64,000 nt of DNA. It comes from Opitutia bacterium (GTDB lineage: Bacteria; Verrucomicrobiota; Verrucomicrobiia; Opitutales; Opitutaceae). The notes below the pieces were generated by a model. The model did no database searches. It saw only the letters and a program-made list of their open reading frames with translations, and was not told the origin of the DNA. Position numbers and translations under genes: made by a program. The stretch spans positions 832,001-896,000 of the forward strand of contig CANJVR010000001.1 of assembly GCA_947478395.1 (NCBI GenBank). Reading direction: 5' to 3'. Every line of letters begins with the position of its first letter. Position 1 is the first letter of the stretch. Positions 27,947 to 38,008 of the stretch are shown here, one piece after another.

Positions 27947-30561
27947 GGCGCCGGACGAAACAGCTTATCCGAGGAATTTCCGCCGGATAATATGTAAGCG
28001 ACGAGATCGGAAACTTCCGACTCGTTCAGTGAATTGATCAGCCCCGGCGGCATCATCGACACCGGATAAACGGAGCGCGACTTTACCAAGGCTGTTTTAA
28101 CGCGGACCTTTTCTTCGGGCATGAAGGGGTTGCTCAACACGATCAGCTCGCCGTTTTCTTCCCCCGCCACGCGGCCGACAATCGTTGCTCCGTCCGTGCT
28201 TAGAATTTGCTCGGTGCCGTATTGGTCGCTGATCACGCGCGAAGGCTCGATGATATTCTCGAGCAGATCACGCACGCTATATCGGCTGCCCGCGACACTC
28301 AGATCCGGACCAATACCCCCGCCCTCGCCGTTGAAGCGGTGGCAAACAATACAACCTCCGGCGGAGAACATGGCCCGGCCTTGCGCAAAGTCGCGACCCT
28401 GCATCTTCGCCGATACAATCGTGGCCGTTTCGCTGGTGGCGTATGAACGCCCCGGGCCTTTCGCCGGAATCGCCGCCGCCATGAAGGCCGGAGACGGTGG
28501 CTTCGAAAGACCGTCGAGCGCCGCTCGCTCTGCGGAATCAGCCACGTGCGTGAGTGCATCGGTGCGGATGTTACGCAAAAATCCCTCGAAGCTCGCGCCC
28601 CCTTTCCAAGCGCGCGTCCGAGCGAACCAAGAGAAATAATCGGCGTGTAATTTCGGCGTCCAACCCGCTGTCGCATTGCGAAGATTGTAAGCGAAATGGA
28701 TCTGCTGGCGGTCCGGCCGGCTGGCGCCGACGCTGTCCACGACTTTGCCGTAGGAATCGTTGCGCGTAGTGAGCTCCGGTCCGCCAAACGCTTCAGCGGT
28801 GCGAACCAGCGGTTCGGAGACGCTGAGCAACGGGATCGTTTTTGCCACCACGGTAGGCGAATCGAGATAGATCAGCAGGGAGACGAGCTCACGATTTACG
28901 AACCGGTCCGCGTGCGGAAACTGGACGTCCCATTTGGCGGCGAGTCGCGCGCAAACGTCGGGGGCCGGTTTGCCCATCCGCGTGAACGCGAGCTGCCACG
29001 CCCGCAAAACCGGCAAGCGCAAATCCGCCGGCAGTGCCGCGAACTCCAAACGCTCGAGGGCTGCGATGAGACGTGGCTGCAATGCGCGGTCTCCCCGGCG
29101 CGCCAGCGCGATCAGGGCCTCGACTGCGGCCTGGGGATTTTTTTCCGCGAGCGCGCGCTCCGCCCATTTTTCCGCGGGCTGACGTTCGATCGCGACGCGA
29201 GCGGCGAAGCGGATGAAACGGTCTGCATTGGCGAGGTGAGGCCAGGCTTGGTCGATCGCCTCCGGCCCGACCCCATCGGCGTGCAAGGCTTCAATCGACC
29301 GGCGCAGTAGTGCCGCGGCGTTCGGCGGAGCGATCGTGGCGGGCGCGGTGCTTTCGGAGCCGACGTAGGTCACGCGATAAAGCGCGGCCTGCGTGCGGCG
29401 GCCACCGACCGCAAAGTACATCGCACCGTCGTGCGGATTGATCACGAGATCGGTCAACGGCAGCGGCTTGCCCGTAATAAATTCTTCCCGTTCCGCGCGG
29501 TAGCTCGCGCCATCGGGTTGGAGGTGGATCGCGTAGAGCGTGCCAAACGTCCAATCGCAGGCAAACAGTGCACGCTGGTACTTCGCGGAAAATTTCGCGT
29601 TCGTGCCGAAAGTCAGGCCGGTGGGACAACCCGGTCCCAAGTCGATGGCGCCGGGCAGGCTGTCGGCGTAGTACGCCGGCCAGCGACCTGCGCCACTCCG
29701 CCAGCCGAAGTCGGCTCCGCTCACCGCGTGATTGATCCGGGTCGGAAGGTACCAAGGTGAACCTTGGTCCCACTCCATGTCGGAATCGTAGGTGAAGAGT
29801 TCGCCGTTTTGATCGAACGCGACATCGAACGCATTGCGAAAGCCCATGCTAAAAAGATCGATCGTTTTCCCGTCGCGATCCATGCGCGCGATATAGCCGC
29901 CCGGGGCATATTTGTCGCGGGCGTGGCCGCGAGCATCCCACATCCGCGGCAGGAGATGATCTTCGCCCCAACCGACCGGGCGTGATTTTTCCATGTCCTT
30001 CGGTAAATCGGTGTGGTTCCCGTTGGTGAAATAAATCGACTGACCATCGGGGCTGAGCACCAACGCATGCGGGCCATGCTCGCCGCTGCCATTCATCGTA
30101 CGCAGAAGTTCCGGCGCCGCGAAATCGTCATCGCCCGTCGTGTCGCGCAGACGCCACAGCCCGGACTTCGCTTTGTCTTCGTTCACCATCACGTAGAGGC
30201 TATTGAATGCATACAGCAAACCGTGCGCACCGGTGAGACCGGTCTTGAGTGGCTCAACCTTGGTGCCCGTCGTGGAATTCGGGGAAGGCAACGTCACCCG
30301 ATATACGCCGCCGTATTGGTCGCTGACAATCAGCCGGCCCTTGGGATCGACGGTCATCGCGACCCACGAGCCCTGCTCGACGCGCGGCACCGTGTAGAGC
30401 AGATCGACCTTGAAGCCGGGAGCAACGTGCAAGACCGCCGGGTCGGTCGCAGGCGGCAGTTGGATCGCCGGAGGAGGTGGCGCCGGAGCGGGAGCCGGAG
30501 CTTGGGCGAACGCCGAGGCGATCGCGCCGAAAAACAAAACCGCGGAAAGGTTGGAGGCCAT
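27943..30561 (-). CDS. PVC-type heme-binding protein (sugar-dehydrogenase-like propeller, HEAT repeats, cytochrome c)
   Basis: GEHGPH, GFRNAFD, DSDMEWD; C-terminal CIVCH..GPDLS...IIEPS...SMMPPGL. Confidence 0.88.
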   Translation of the reverse strand: MASNLSAVLFFGAIASAFAQAPAPAPAPPPPAIQLPPATDPAVLHVAPGFKVDLLYTVPRVEQGSWVAMTVDPKGRLIVSDQYGGVYRVTLPSPNSTTGTKVEPLKTGLTGAHGLLYAFNSLYVMVNEDKAKSGLWRLRDTTGDDDFAAPELLRTMNGSGEHGPHALVLSPDGQSIYFTNGNHTDLPKDMEKSRPVGWGEDHLLPRMWDARGHARDKYAPGGYIARMDRDGKTIDLFSMGFRNAFDVAFDQNGELFTYDSDMEWDQGSPWYLPTRINHAVSGADFGWRSGAGRWPAYYADSLPGAIDLGPGCPTGLTFGTNAKFSAKYQRALFACDWTFGTLYAIHLQPDGASYRAEREEFITGKPLPLTDLVINPHDGAMYFAVGGRRTQAALYRVTYVGSESTAPATIAPPNAAALLRRSIEALHADGVGPEAIDQAWPHLANADRFIRFAARVAIERQPAEKWAERALAEKNPQAAVEALIALARRGDRALQPRLIAALERLEFAALPADLRLPVLRAWQLAFTRMGKPAPDVCARLAAKWDVQFPHADRFVNRELVSLLIYLDSPTVVAKTIPLLSVSEPLVRTAEAFGGPELTTRNDSYGKVVDSVGASRPDRQQIHFAYNLRNATAGWTPKLHADYFSWFARTRAWKGGASFEGFLRNIRTDALTHVADSAERAALDGLSKPPSPAFMAAAIPAKGPGRSYATSETATIVSAKMQGRDFAQGRAMFSAGGCIVCHRFNGEGGGIGPDLSVAGSRYSVRDLLENIIEPSRVISDQYGTEQILSTDGATIVGRVAGEENGELIVLSNPFMPEEKVRVKTALVKSRSVYPVSMMPPGLINSLNESEVSDLVAYILSGGNSSDKLFRPAP

Positions 30562-30577
30562 GGAGGTAATCCTTAGC

Positions 30578-31312
30578 TCAGGGCAGCGTTTTGAGTTGAA
30601 TATCCTTATACTGAATCGTCATCGGCGGACCGACGTGCAGCTGGAACGCGAGCACGCCTGCTTTTGAAGCACGCACCGCATCGAGGTCCAAGACATCGGC
30701 GGTAAGCGTGCCGTTGAGATACTGGCGGACGTGCTCGCCTTCCGCGATAATCACGAACTCGTTCCATTCGCTTTTCTTGTAGGCGGCCGTAGCGACGGCC
30801 GGCGCGGTCGGAGTGCCGAGAATTTCCACCGCGTGCTTGCCGTCGGCTCCGGTGACGATGCGAATTTTTTCGCCCGGCTTCATCATGATGCCGCGGCCTT
30901 TTTCCTCGTAGAGCATGCCGACGTAAGGCCGCGTGAAATCGATGTCGGCCTGATAGCCGCCGACCACGAACGTGGCGGCGTCGAGTACTTTGCTGCGGAA
31001 CTGAATCCCGGAATTGGCCTTCGCCTCGTTGTTATCGGCCAACAGGCGAAACGAAAGTCGCAGCTCAAAGTTAGCGACCTCGCCGCCCTGCCAGACGAGA
31101 AACGTGTTCGCCTTGAGCATATTCTCCGCGGTCGTCTGACCCGTGATCATGCCATCGCGCACGGACCAAAATCCGGGCAGTCCGGCCCAACCATTCAGAT
31201 CGCGGCCGTTGAAGATCGATTTGAAACCAGGGTCCGCGGCAAACGCGGACACCGAAAGCGCGGCCACAAGCCCGAGCAGGCTAAGCAGGCGATAGGAACG
31301 AGGGGTATTCAT
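30578..31312 (-). CDS. DUF1080 (3-keto-disaccharide hydrolase family) protein
   Basis: SIFNGRDLNGW, NSGIQFR, GYQADI, EWN, FQLH. Confidence 0.92.
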   Translation of the reverse strand: MNTPRSYRLLSLLGLVAALSVSAFAADPGFKSIFNGRDLNGWAGLPGFWSVRDGMITGQTTAENMLKANTFLVWQGGEVANFELRLSFRLLADNNEAKANSGIQFRSKVLDAATFVVGGYQADIDFTRPYVGMLYEEKGRGIMMKPGEKIRIVTGADGKHAVEILGTPTAPAVATAAYKKSEWNEFVIIAEGEHVRQYLNGTLTADVLDLDAVRASKAGVLAFQLHVGPPMTIQYKDIQLKTLP

Positions 31313-31359
31313 GGGGTAAAGGGAGCGCGCGACTGCAGCGCGCGGCGGGGGTTTCAAAA

Positions 31360-31382
31360 CGCGGGCTGAAACCTCGCGCTAC
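31360..31382 (-). repeat. GTAG-type REP unit supplying the TAG stop of the adjacent gene
   Basis: GTAGCGCGAGGTTTCAGCCCGCG. Confidence 0.65.
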
Positions 31383-32527
31383 TTGCTACGCGCCGATTTC
31401 ACATTTTGCCAGCGCCGCGATTTGGCGGATTTCAAAACCGCGTCGGTGACGTAATCCGTGGCTAGACCATCGCGGAACGTCGGCGCCGCCGGCTGGCCGT
31501 TCGACAGACCCGCCACGAAATCTGCCACTTGGTGCACGAAGCTATGCTCGTAGCCGATCTGCAGTCCCGGCACCCACCAATGTTTCATGTACGGTTGGTC
31601 GCCGTCGCTCACGTGAATCGAGCGCCAGCCGCGCACGTTGCCGGCATCGCGATGATCGAAGAACTGCAGGCGATGCAGGTCATGGAGATCCCAGCAGAGC
31701 GAGCCGTGTTCGCCGTTGATCTCAAAAGTGTAGAGCGCTTTGTGTCCACGCGCGTAACGCGTCGCCTCGAAAGTGGCGAGCGAGCCATTGCTGAAACGCG
31801 CGAGAAACGCCGACGCGTCGTCGATCAGCACTTTCTGCTTTTTGCCGCTGAGCGCGTGCTTGCGCTCCTTCACGAAGGTCTCGGTCATCGCCGTCACCGA
31901 GTCGATCCCGCCATTGAGCCAGAGCGCCGTATCGATGCAGTGCGCGAGCAAATCGCCCGTGACGCCGCTGCCGGCGACCGATGCGTCGAGCCGCCACGTG
32001 CCCGCGCCGCCTTGGGGAACGTCCGCGTTAATTGTCCAGTCCTGCAAAAACTTTGCGCGGTAATGAAAAATTTTTCCGAGCCGGCCGGCGTCGATCAGTT
32101 CCTTCGCGAGCGTGACGGCGGGAATGCGGCGGTAGTTGTACCAGACCATGTTGGCCACCTTCGCCTTTTCGACGGCCGCGACCATCTTCACGGCCTCGGC
32201 GGGATTCATCGCAAGCGGCTTCTCGCAGAGAATCATTTTCCCCGCTTTCGCCGCCGCGATGGCGATTTCAGCGTGGACGTTGTTCGGCGCCGCGATGTCG
32301 ATGAGATCGATATCGTCGCGGGCGATCAGTTCCTTCCAGTCGGACGTTGTGGATTCGTAGCCCCACGTGTCGGCAAACGCCTTGGTCTTCGCCGCGTCGC
32401 GCCCACAGGCGGCCTTGAGCACAAGCTTTCGATCGAGCGGAAAAAAATTCCCGACCTTGCGAAACGCATTGGAGTGCGCCCGGCCCATAAAGCCGTAACC
32501 TATGACGCCGATGTTGAGGGGTTTCAT
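31379..32527 (-). CDS. Gfo/Idh/MocA family oxidoreductase
   Basis: [26 protein letters not shown]. Confidence 0.95.
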   Translation of the reverse strand: MKPLNIGVIGYGFMGRAHSNAFRKVGNFFPLDRKLVLKAACGRDAAKTKAFADTWGYESTTSDWKELIARDDIDLIDIAAPNNVHAEIAIAAAKAGKMILCEKPLAMNPAEAVKMVAAVEKAKVANMVWYNYRRIPAVTLAKELIDAGRLGKIFHYRAKFLQDWTINADVPQGGAGTWRLDASVAGSGVTGDLLAHCIDTALWLNGGIDSVTAMTETFVKERKHALSGKKQKVLIDDASAFLARFSNGSLATFEATRYARGHKALYTFEINGEHGSLCWDLHDLHRLQFFDHRDAGNVRGWRSIHVSDGDQPYMKHWWVPGLQIGYEHSFVHQVADFVAGLSNGQPAAPTFRDGLATDYVTDAVLKSAKSRRWQNVKSARSK

Positions 32528-32546
32528 TTAGGGGAAAAACGGAATG

Positions 32547-32639
32547 AAGCGCGAAGACGCAAAGGCCTGAAGTTCGGAAGGAAGGTAAGAGAGGTTTGAA
32601 CTTTGCTCAGGCCTTCGCGCCTTTGCGTCTTTGCGCTTA
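32547..32639 (-). repeat. ~90-bp palindromic element family B, copy 2
   Basis: AAGCGCGAAGACGCAAAGG ... CCTTTGCGTCTTTGCGCTT inverted termini; core shared with 18881-18968. Confidence 0.7.
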
Positions 32640-32650
32640 GGTTTGAAAAC

Positions 32651-33688
32651 TCAGCCGACCCAGCCGTGGAGGTTGCGGACCTCGATCATCGCCGCGAGGA
32701 CGTCGTTCCAAGTTTGCTGCCGAAGCATCGTTGCATTTGTGAACATGCAACCGTCCCAGCAAATGTGCTTCATCTTTTTCGTCACGGTGCCACGCGCATC
32801 GCGCAGCCAGTAAGCGGAGTCGCGCGGAATATTCAGTTTCCCGCGGGGATCGGTGACGACGCAATGCCGGCCGGTTTTCTCGTGCGAGCCGGAGCCGAAG
32901 ACCGTGCCGTCGTTCTGGGCGACGTGAAAATCGATCGTCCACGGGCGGAGCGCATCCGTCAGTTTCTTCATCGCGGCATGAAATGCCGCGGGCTCGTAAT
33001 GATATTTTTTCGGGACCAGCCGGTGCTCGGGCGCGTTTTCTCCGAGCGTGTAAAGATGCGTGTGCGACATGTCGGCCTGGAAGCCAACCACCCGCGGCAT
33101 CCCGACTTCTTCGAGGAGATTCAGCATGTTTTTCCACGACTGCATCCCGCCCCAGCAAATTTCGCCCTCGGCCGCGAGACGCTCGCCATGGCCCTTCGCG
33201 ATGCGACCGGCCTCACGGAAGGTCTGCGCGATCAGTTTGGTGTTCGCTTTTGGGTTTTTATCCCAGTCGACCACGCTGGCCGCGGAGTCGATGCGGACAA
33301 TCCCGTAGGGTCGCACACCGAGCTTGCGCAGTTGCTGCGCGATCCGGCACGCCTTGCGCACGTGGGTCAGCCAGTTGGCGCGCTTGGTCTCGTCGCCCAT
33401 CGCCGACGCGTCGAACCACACGGGCGCGACGACCGAGCCAACAGTGAGACCGCGGCCCGCAATCTTCGCGGCGAGGGCTTTGATGCCGTCATCGGAAATA
33501 TCGATGTCCGTGTGCGGTTTGTAGAGGAAGAGATCGACCCCGTCGAATTTCACCCCACCGACCTCGGCGCGCGTGGTGAGATCGAGCATCGTGTCGAGCT
33601 CGATGCAGGGTTCGGCTCCCGGACTTCCTTTGCCGACGAGTCCGGGCCACATGGCGTTGTGCAGTTTGGGGAAGTTGTTCGCAGGCAT
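32651..33688 (-). CDS. Xylose-isomerase-like TIM-barrel sugar isomerase/epimerase
   Basis: LAAEGE, FQADMSH, FHVAQND, metal-ligand pattern of the AP-endonuclease-2 TIM-barrel family. Confidence 0.8.
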   Translation of the reverse strand: MPANNFPKLHNAMWPGLVGKGSPGAEPCIELDTMLDLTTRAEVGGVKFDGVDLFLYKPHTDIDISDDGIKALAAKIAGRGLTVGSVVAPVWFDASAMGDETKRANWLTHVRKACRIAQQLRKLGVRPYGIVRIDSAASVVDWDKNPKANTKLIAQTFREAGRIAKGHGERLAAEGEICWGGMQSWKNMLNLLEEVGMPRVVGFQADMSHTHLYTLGENAPEHRLVPKKYHYEPAAFHAAMKKLTDALRPWTIDFHVAQNDGTVFGSGSHEKTGRHCVVTDPRGKLNIPRDSAYWLRDARGTVTKKMKHICWDGCMFTNATMLRQQTWNDVLAAMIEVRNLHGWVG

Positions 33689-33791
33689 ATGGGGGAAAGA
33701 AATCAGGGCTTAACCAGCGAGGCACAGAGAGGACGGCGAAGGCATCGTTGAAGAACGATCTGCGGGCCGTCTGTACTTTGGCATTTACGAC

Positions 33792-35063
33792 TCAAAATTT
33801 GTTTTTGCGATAAGCGCCCATCGCCGGCGCATCGGGGTGAACTTCGGGGCCAAAGTACCGCAGGACGACGAGCGGCTCGACCGCGCTCGTGTTTTCAAAC
33901 GTGACGCCCGCCTTGGCGGCATCCTCGGTGCAGAACACTTCGTCCTCGGTGATTTCGTGGAAGCGAATGAGCTTCGGGCAATCCAGCGCGAGCCGGTTCA
34001 TGCGGCCCTTGCCTTGGACCGTGATGAGGCCGTAGGCCCCGCCATCGCGGATCGTACATTTCGCGCCGGGCTCGACCGTCAGCTCCTTCGCCGTGAACAA
34101 CTGTTCGCCTTTCACTTTGCCGTAAACGATCCAGCGATCGACGTAGCCCTCGCTGCGGGTGTCGGCGACGGGGACCGGCTCGAGGTAGTGGTTGTCCTTG
34201 AAATTCGGATCGGTGTTTTCGTCCCAGTCGAGCTGGTCGACGATGAAGTCCAGATCCTGGTGTTTCTTCTTCGGCATGTCTTTTACGAGGAGCGCCCATG
34301 GCACTTCGCGGCCCTCGACGAGGGATTGGTACATGCCGAAGACATCGGAGCCCCACTGCGGCTCGTACGTGCAGAGCGAGCCCGGCGCGTGCAATACGCA
34401 GGGCGGGATGAGCCAGCCCGTGCCAGGCTTGAGCCGATAGGCGCGCGACAGATCGAGAATGCCGTTGTCGCCCTGATTCCAGCGCTCGAGGCAGCGGCGC
34501 ACCTGGGCTTTGGTCGTGCCGGGCTCGAGGCCCATGAACGTGTAGGGGAAATTATTCCCGACGTTATTATGCTGCGGCGGGAAATAGTACGACTCGGGTT
34601 TTCCTTCCTGGCCCACGAGCTTCGCCTGCGCGGCGGACTGGTGCATGTGATGCGGGATCGGGCCCATGTTATCAAAGAACTTCGAGTAAACGGGCCACTT
34701 CCGATATTTTTTCCAGATCGACGCACCGATCAGACCCGCGCCGCATTCGGCGACAGCCTGCGCGAGCGTGAAGCGTTTTCCGCCGACGATTACATAACTG
34801 AGGCCCTCGTCGGGCGTGCGGTTGTCATTGGCCGCGGGCGTAGTGGAGGCGAACCAACGTTCATCGATCCCGCCGCGATTGAGCCCGAAGGCGTACAGGT
34901 CGTCGGGATGAAGTTTCAGCCGCTTGCCCGGCTGGAGAAAGGAGCGCGGCACCCAGCAGGGCGCGAGGCGCAGCAGGCCGCCGTTATCGGCGAGCGCGCC
35001 TTCGACGAGGCTGCGCACGTTGGAGCGAATGGTTTTGAGATCGACGACAGAAGACGAAGGCAT
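33792..35063 (-). CDS. Cupin protein, phosphomannose-isomerase-like
   Basis: Start MPSSSV; ERW, KFFD, PHHMH, KPESYY, LHAPG, YEPQ..SD match type I PMI-like ligands. Confidence 0.7.
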   Translation of the reverse strand: MPSSSVVDLKTIRSNVRSLVEGALADNGGLLRLAPCWVPRSFLQPGKRLKLHPDDLYAFGLNRGGIDERWFASTTPAANDNRTPDEGLSYVIVGGKRFTLAQAVAECGAGLIGASIWKKYRKWPVYSKFFDNMGPIPHHMHQSAAQAKLVGQEGKPESYYFPPQHNNVGNNFPYTFMGLEPGTTKAQVRRCLERWNQGDNGILDLSRAYRLKPGTGWLIPPCVLHAPGSLCTYEPQWGSDVFGMYQSLVEGREVPWALLVKDMPKKKHQDLDFIVDQLDWDENTDPNFKDNHYLEPVPVADTRSEGYVDRWIVYGKVKGEQLFTAKELTVEPGAKCTIRDGGAYGLITVQGKGRMNRLALDCPKLIRFHEITEDEVFCTEDAAKAGVTFENTSAVEPLVVLRYFGPEVHPDAPAMGAYRKNKF

Positions 35064-35310
35064 GGGGAACGAAAAAATTGCGGCCGACCGCACCTCGCCG
35101 AGAAGCCGGGGTATGCGAGGGACGGGGAAATAAAGCCCCACTGAAATCGATGAGGGCAAGGGCCAAAATTCACTAATTTCCAGGCCAGTCTAGGAATGAC
35201 TTGGCGTGACCAAGCAGCCAACCAACCGCGCAGGGCCCAGCGGTAATTCACTTTCCGCGTCGACGTACGCGAAACCGCGGATTCTGCTTCCGGACCCGTT
35301 CCCCTGCCCC

Positions 35311-36381
35311 ATGAAAATTGTCTGCCGATATCTGCTCCCGCTGCTGGTCGTTTCCCTTTCGGTCTTCGCTCAAGCCCCTGCCCCATCGGTTCCGCCGACT
35401 CCGGCCGGCGCACCAGCTGCTCCCGCTGCCGCCGGGGCGCGTCGAGGTCAGCGGACACCGTCCAATCCCAAGAATGACGCGCTCTACAAACTCGGGCCCG
35501 ACTCGAAGCCGATGGACGGCGTGCCGAAGGGCAAATTCAGCGAAGCCAAGCACATTGAGTCGCAGGTTTTTCCCGGCACGCAGCACACGTATTACGTCTA
35601 CGTCCCGGCGCAGTACGATCCATCGAAGCCCGCGGCGTTGATGATCTTCAACGACGGTCAGGCTATGATGAAGGAGCCCGGCAGCGTCATGGGGCACAAC
35701 GTCCTAGATAACCTGATTTATCGCCGCGAAATTCCCGTGATGATCGGCGTGTTCATCAATCCCGGCCGGCGGCCCGATCAGCCCGAACCGCCTGAGCCCG
35801 GCGGCGGCTGGGGCGATGCCACCACCAATCGTCCGACGGAATACAACACGCCCGACGACAAGTACGCGCGCGTCATGGTCGAGGAACTGATGCCCGCGCT
35901 AAAAAAGGAATATAACCTTTCACCCGATCCGGAACTGCACGGCATCATGGGCGCGAGTTCCGGCGGCATCGCGGCGTTCAGCACCGCGTGGTTTCGTCCG
36001 AACGATTTCCGCAAGGTCATCACGATCGTCGGCAGCTTCGTCGATCTTCGCGGCGGCTACGTTTTCCCCGAGTTCGTGGCGGAAAGCGAAAAGAAGCCGA
36101 TCCGGATTTTCATGCAGGACGGGCGCAACGATAACCGGAATCTCACCGACCCGAAGCGCGACTGGTTTTTTCAAAATGTCCGCCTAATGCGGGCGCTCAC
36201 CGCGAAAGGTTACGAGGTGAACTACACGTGGGGATTGAACAACCACGGCCAGAGCCAGGGCGGCGTGATTTTTCCGGAAATGATGCGCTGGCTGTGGCGC
36301 GATCTGCCGGTGTCGACGGATCCCAACGATATGGTCGAGCGGGCGTTGTTGGAGCCAGCCCCCGCGGCGGCCAAGCCGTAG
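35311..36381 (+). CDS. Secreted esterase (enterochelin esterase-like)
   Basis: Signal peptide; YVPAQY, FNDG, NRPTEY, nucleophile GASSGG, DGRND. Confidence 0.88.
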   Translation: MKIVCRYLLPLLVVSLSVFAQAPAPSVPPTPAGAPAAPAAAGARRGQRTPSNPKNDALYKLGPDSKPMDGVPKGKFSEAKHIESQVFPGTQHTYYVYVPAQYDPSKPAALMIFNDGQAMMKEPGSVMGHNVLDNLIYRREIPVMIGVFINPGRRPDQPEPPEPGGGWGDATTNRPTEYNTPDDKYARVMVEELMPALKKEYNLSPDPELHGIMGASSGGIAAFSTAWFRPNDFRKVITIVGSFVDLRGGYVFPEFVAESEKKPIRIFMQDGRNDNRNLTDPKRDWFFQNVRLMRALTAKGYEVNYTWGLNNHGQSQGGVIFPEMMRWLWRDLPVSTDPNDMVERALLEPAPAAAKP

Positions 36382-36413
36382 ACTTGCGGATCGTGGTCTG
36401 CAGCCCCGCCCTA

Positions 36414-36520
36414 GAGCGGTTTAAGTTTTTCCGCGGCCGTTTTGGGTAGCGCAGGCGTCTCTGCCTGCCGGGTTCGCGTCCTCGTTTCGGCAGGCAGGGA
36501 CGCCTGCCGCTACGTCGTTA
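36414..36520 (+). repeat. ~107-bp REP-doublet (REPIN/MITE-like) element family A, copy 1
   Basis: Unique leader plus inverted GTAGCGCAGGCGTC.CTGCCTGCCG / CGGCAGGCAGGGACGCCTGCCGCTAC; closely matches the reverse complement of 51904-52011. Confidence 0.85.
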
Positions 36521-36562
36521 GCAGCTGTGCATCTTAGACCGCGCTGATCGCGGCGCCGCCGC

Positions 36563-38008
36563 TCAAGCCAGGATTTCGCTGAGGCCTTCGGTCGTGCCGC
36601 TGAAGTTTTCCTGCCGGACACCCATCGAATCCATCATCGTCATGAACAGACGATTCATCGGCGTACCGGTCGGATACGCGAGGTGACGCCCGGTCTTGAG
36701 ACGCCCACCGCCGTGGCCAAACACCACCGTCGGCAGATTCGAGTGCGCGTGCGTGTTACCTTCGCTGATACCACTGCCATAGATCACCATTGAGTGATCA
36801 AGCAGCGAGCCGTCGCCATCGGGCGTGTTTTTCAACTTGTCGATGAAGTAGGTAAACAGCTTCGCGTGGTAGCAGTTGATCTGCGTCACCTTTTCGATGA
36901 ACACCGGATTGTTGCGGTGATGCGTCAGCGGGTGATGTGAATCCGGCACGCCGATTTCCGGATAGGTGCGCAAGCTGCCCTCGCGACCGATCATCAGCGT
37001 CATCACGCGCGTGAGATCGCCCTGCCAGGCCATAACCTGCAAATCGAACATCAGTTTAAGGTGATCGGCGAACTGCACGGGAATGCCCGCGGGCTTGTCG
37101 ATGTCAGGCGCCGCCTGCGACTGCTCGCGCTCGGCGGCCTGGATGCGCTTCTCGATTTCGCGCACGCCGTAGAGATACTCGTCGACCTTGCGTTTGTCCG
37201 CCGCGCCCAGCGTGCCCATGAGCCCACGCGCGCGTTCGCCGACGACGTCGAGGATGCTGTTGCGATACTGCGCACGGCGCAGACGAACCTGCGGGTCCAT
37301 CGCGAAATCTTCCGTACCGAAGAGGCGTTCGAAGACCATGCGCGGATTCGTCTCGGGCGGGAGCGGCGAACTCGGGTTCCGCCAGCAGATCGTGTTGTTG
37401 TAAACGCAGCTGTAACCGCCATCGCAGTTGCCCACCGAGCGCGTGTCGTCGCAGCTCAACTCCAAGGACGGCAAGCGGGTCTTGCCACTCATGGCCGCGG
37501 CGACGATCTGATCGACCGACGTCCCCGACTGCACATCCATGCCGATCGTTTTCTTCGGCTTAACGCCCGTAAGATAAAGCGAGCCGGCCGTCGCGTGTCC
37601 GCCCGGATTGCCGGGGATCAACGGCGCATCTTCCCCGGCTTTCCCGGCCGCGGGTTTCGCGGGAGGCGGCACTGCGATGACCGCATCCGGGTCGGCATCG
37701 CGCGGCGGGCGGGGGATTTCATGACCGAGGCCCGAGAGCACCATCAGGTCTTTGCGGTACGCTTCAAACGGTTTGAGAATGCGGGTAAACTCAAACGACT
37801 CGCCCTGGGTCGCGGGGAGCCACGAATCCATCGTCACGCCGTTCGGAATATACGCGAAGGCCAGGCGGTTCGGCGCCTTGACCGCCGCGACCTGCGCGCC
37901 CCGGGCCATCGCGGGCAACATCGCATCGAGCATCGGCAGGGCCAAGGCGGCGCCGACTCCCTTCAAAAAGGTGCGACGCTCCAGGTGTTTTTTGGTGATG
38001 ACGTTCAT
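36563..38008 (-). CDS. DUF1552 protein with Tat-like signal (pair 1)
   Basis: LERRTFLKG, LPMLDAM, YIPNG, SVDQ, PRMVFERLF, HHPLTHH, LLDHS, H.HSNLP. Confidence 0.92.
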   Translation of the reverse strand: MNVITKKHLERRTFLKGVGAALALPMLDAMLPAMARGAQVAAVKAPNRLAFAYIPNGVTMDSWLPATQGESFEFTRILKPFEAYRKDLMVLSGLGHEIPRPPRDADPDAVIAVPPPAKPAAGKAGEDAPLIPGNPGGHATAGSLYLTGVKPKKTIGMDVQSGTSVDQIVAAAMSGKTRLPSLELSCDDTRSVGNCDGGYSCVYNNTICWRNPSSPLPPETNPRMVFERLFGTEDFAMDPQVRLRRAQYRNSILDVVGERARGLMGTLGAADKRKVDEYLYGVREIEKRIQAAEREQSQAAPDIDKPAGIPVQFADHLKLMFDLQVMAWQGDLTRVMTLMIGREGSLRTYPEIGVPDSHHPLTHHRNNPVFIEKVTQINCYHAKLFTYFIDKLKNTPDGDGSLLDHSMVIYGSGISEGNTHAHSNLPTVVFGHGGGRLKTGRHLAYPTGTPMNRLFMTMMDSMGVRQENFSGTTEGLSEILA

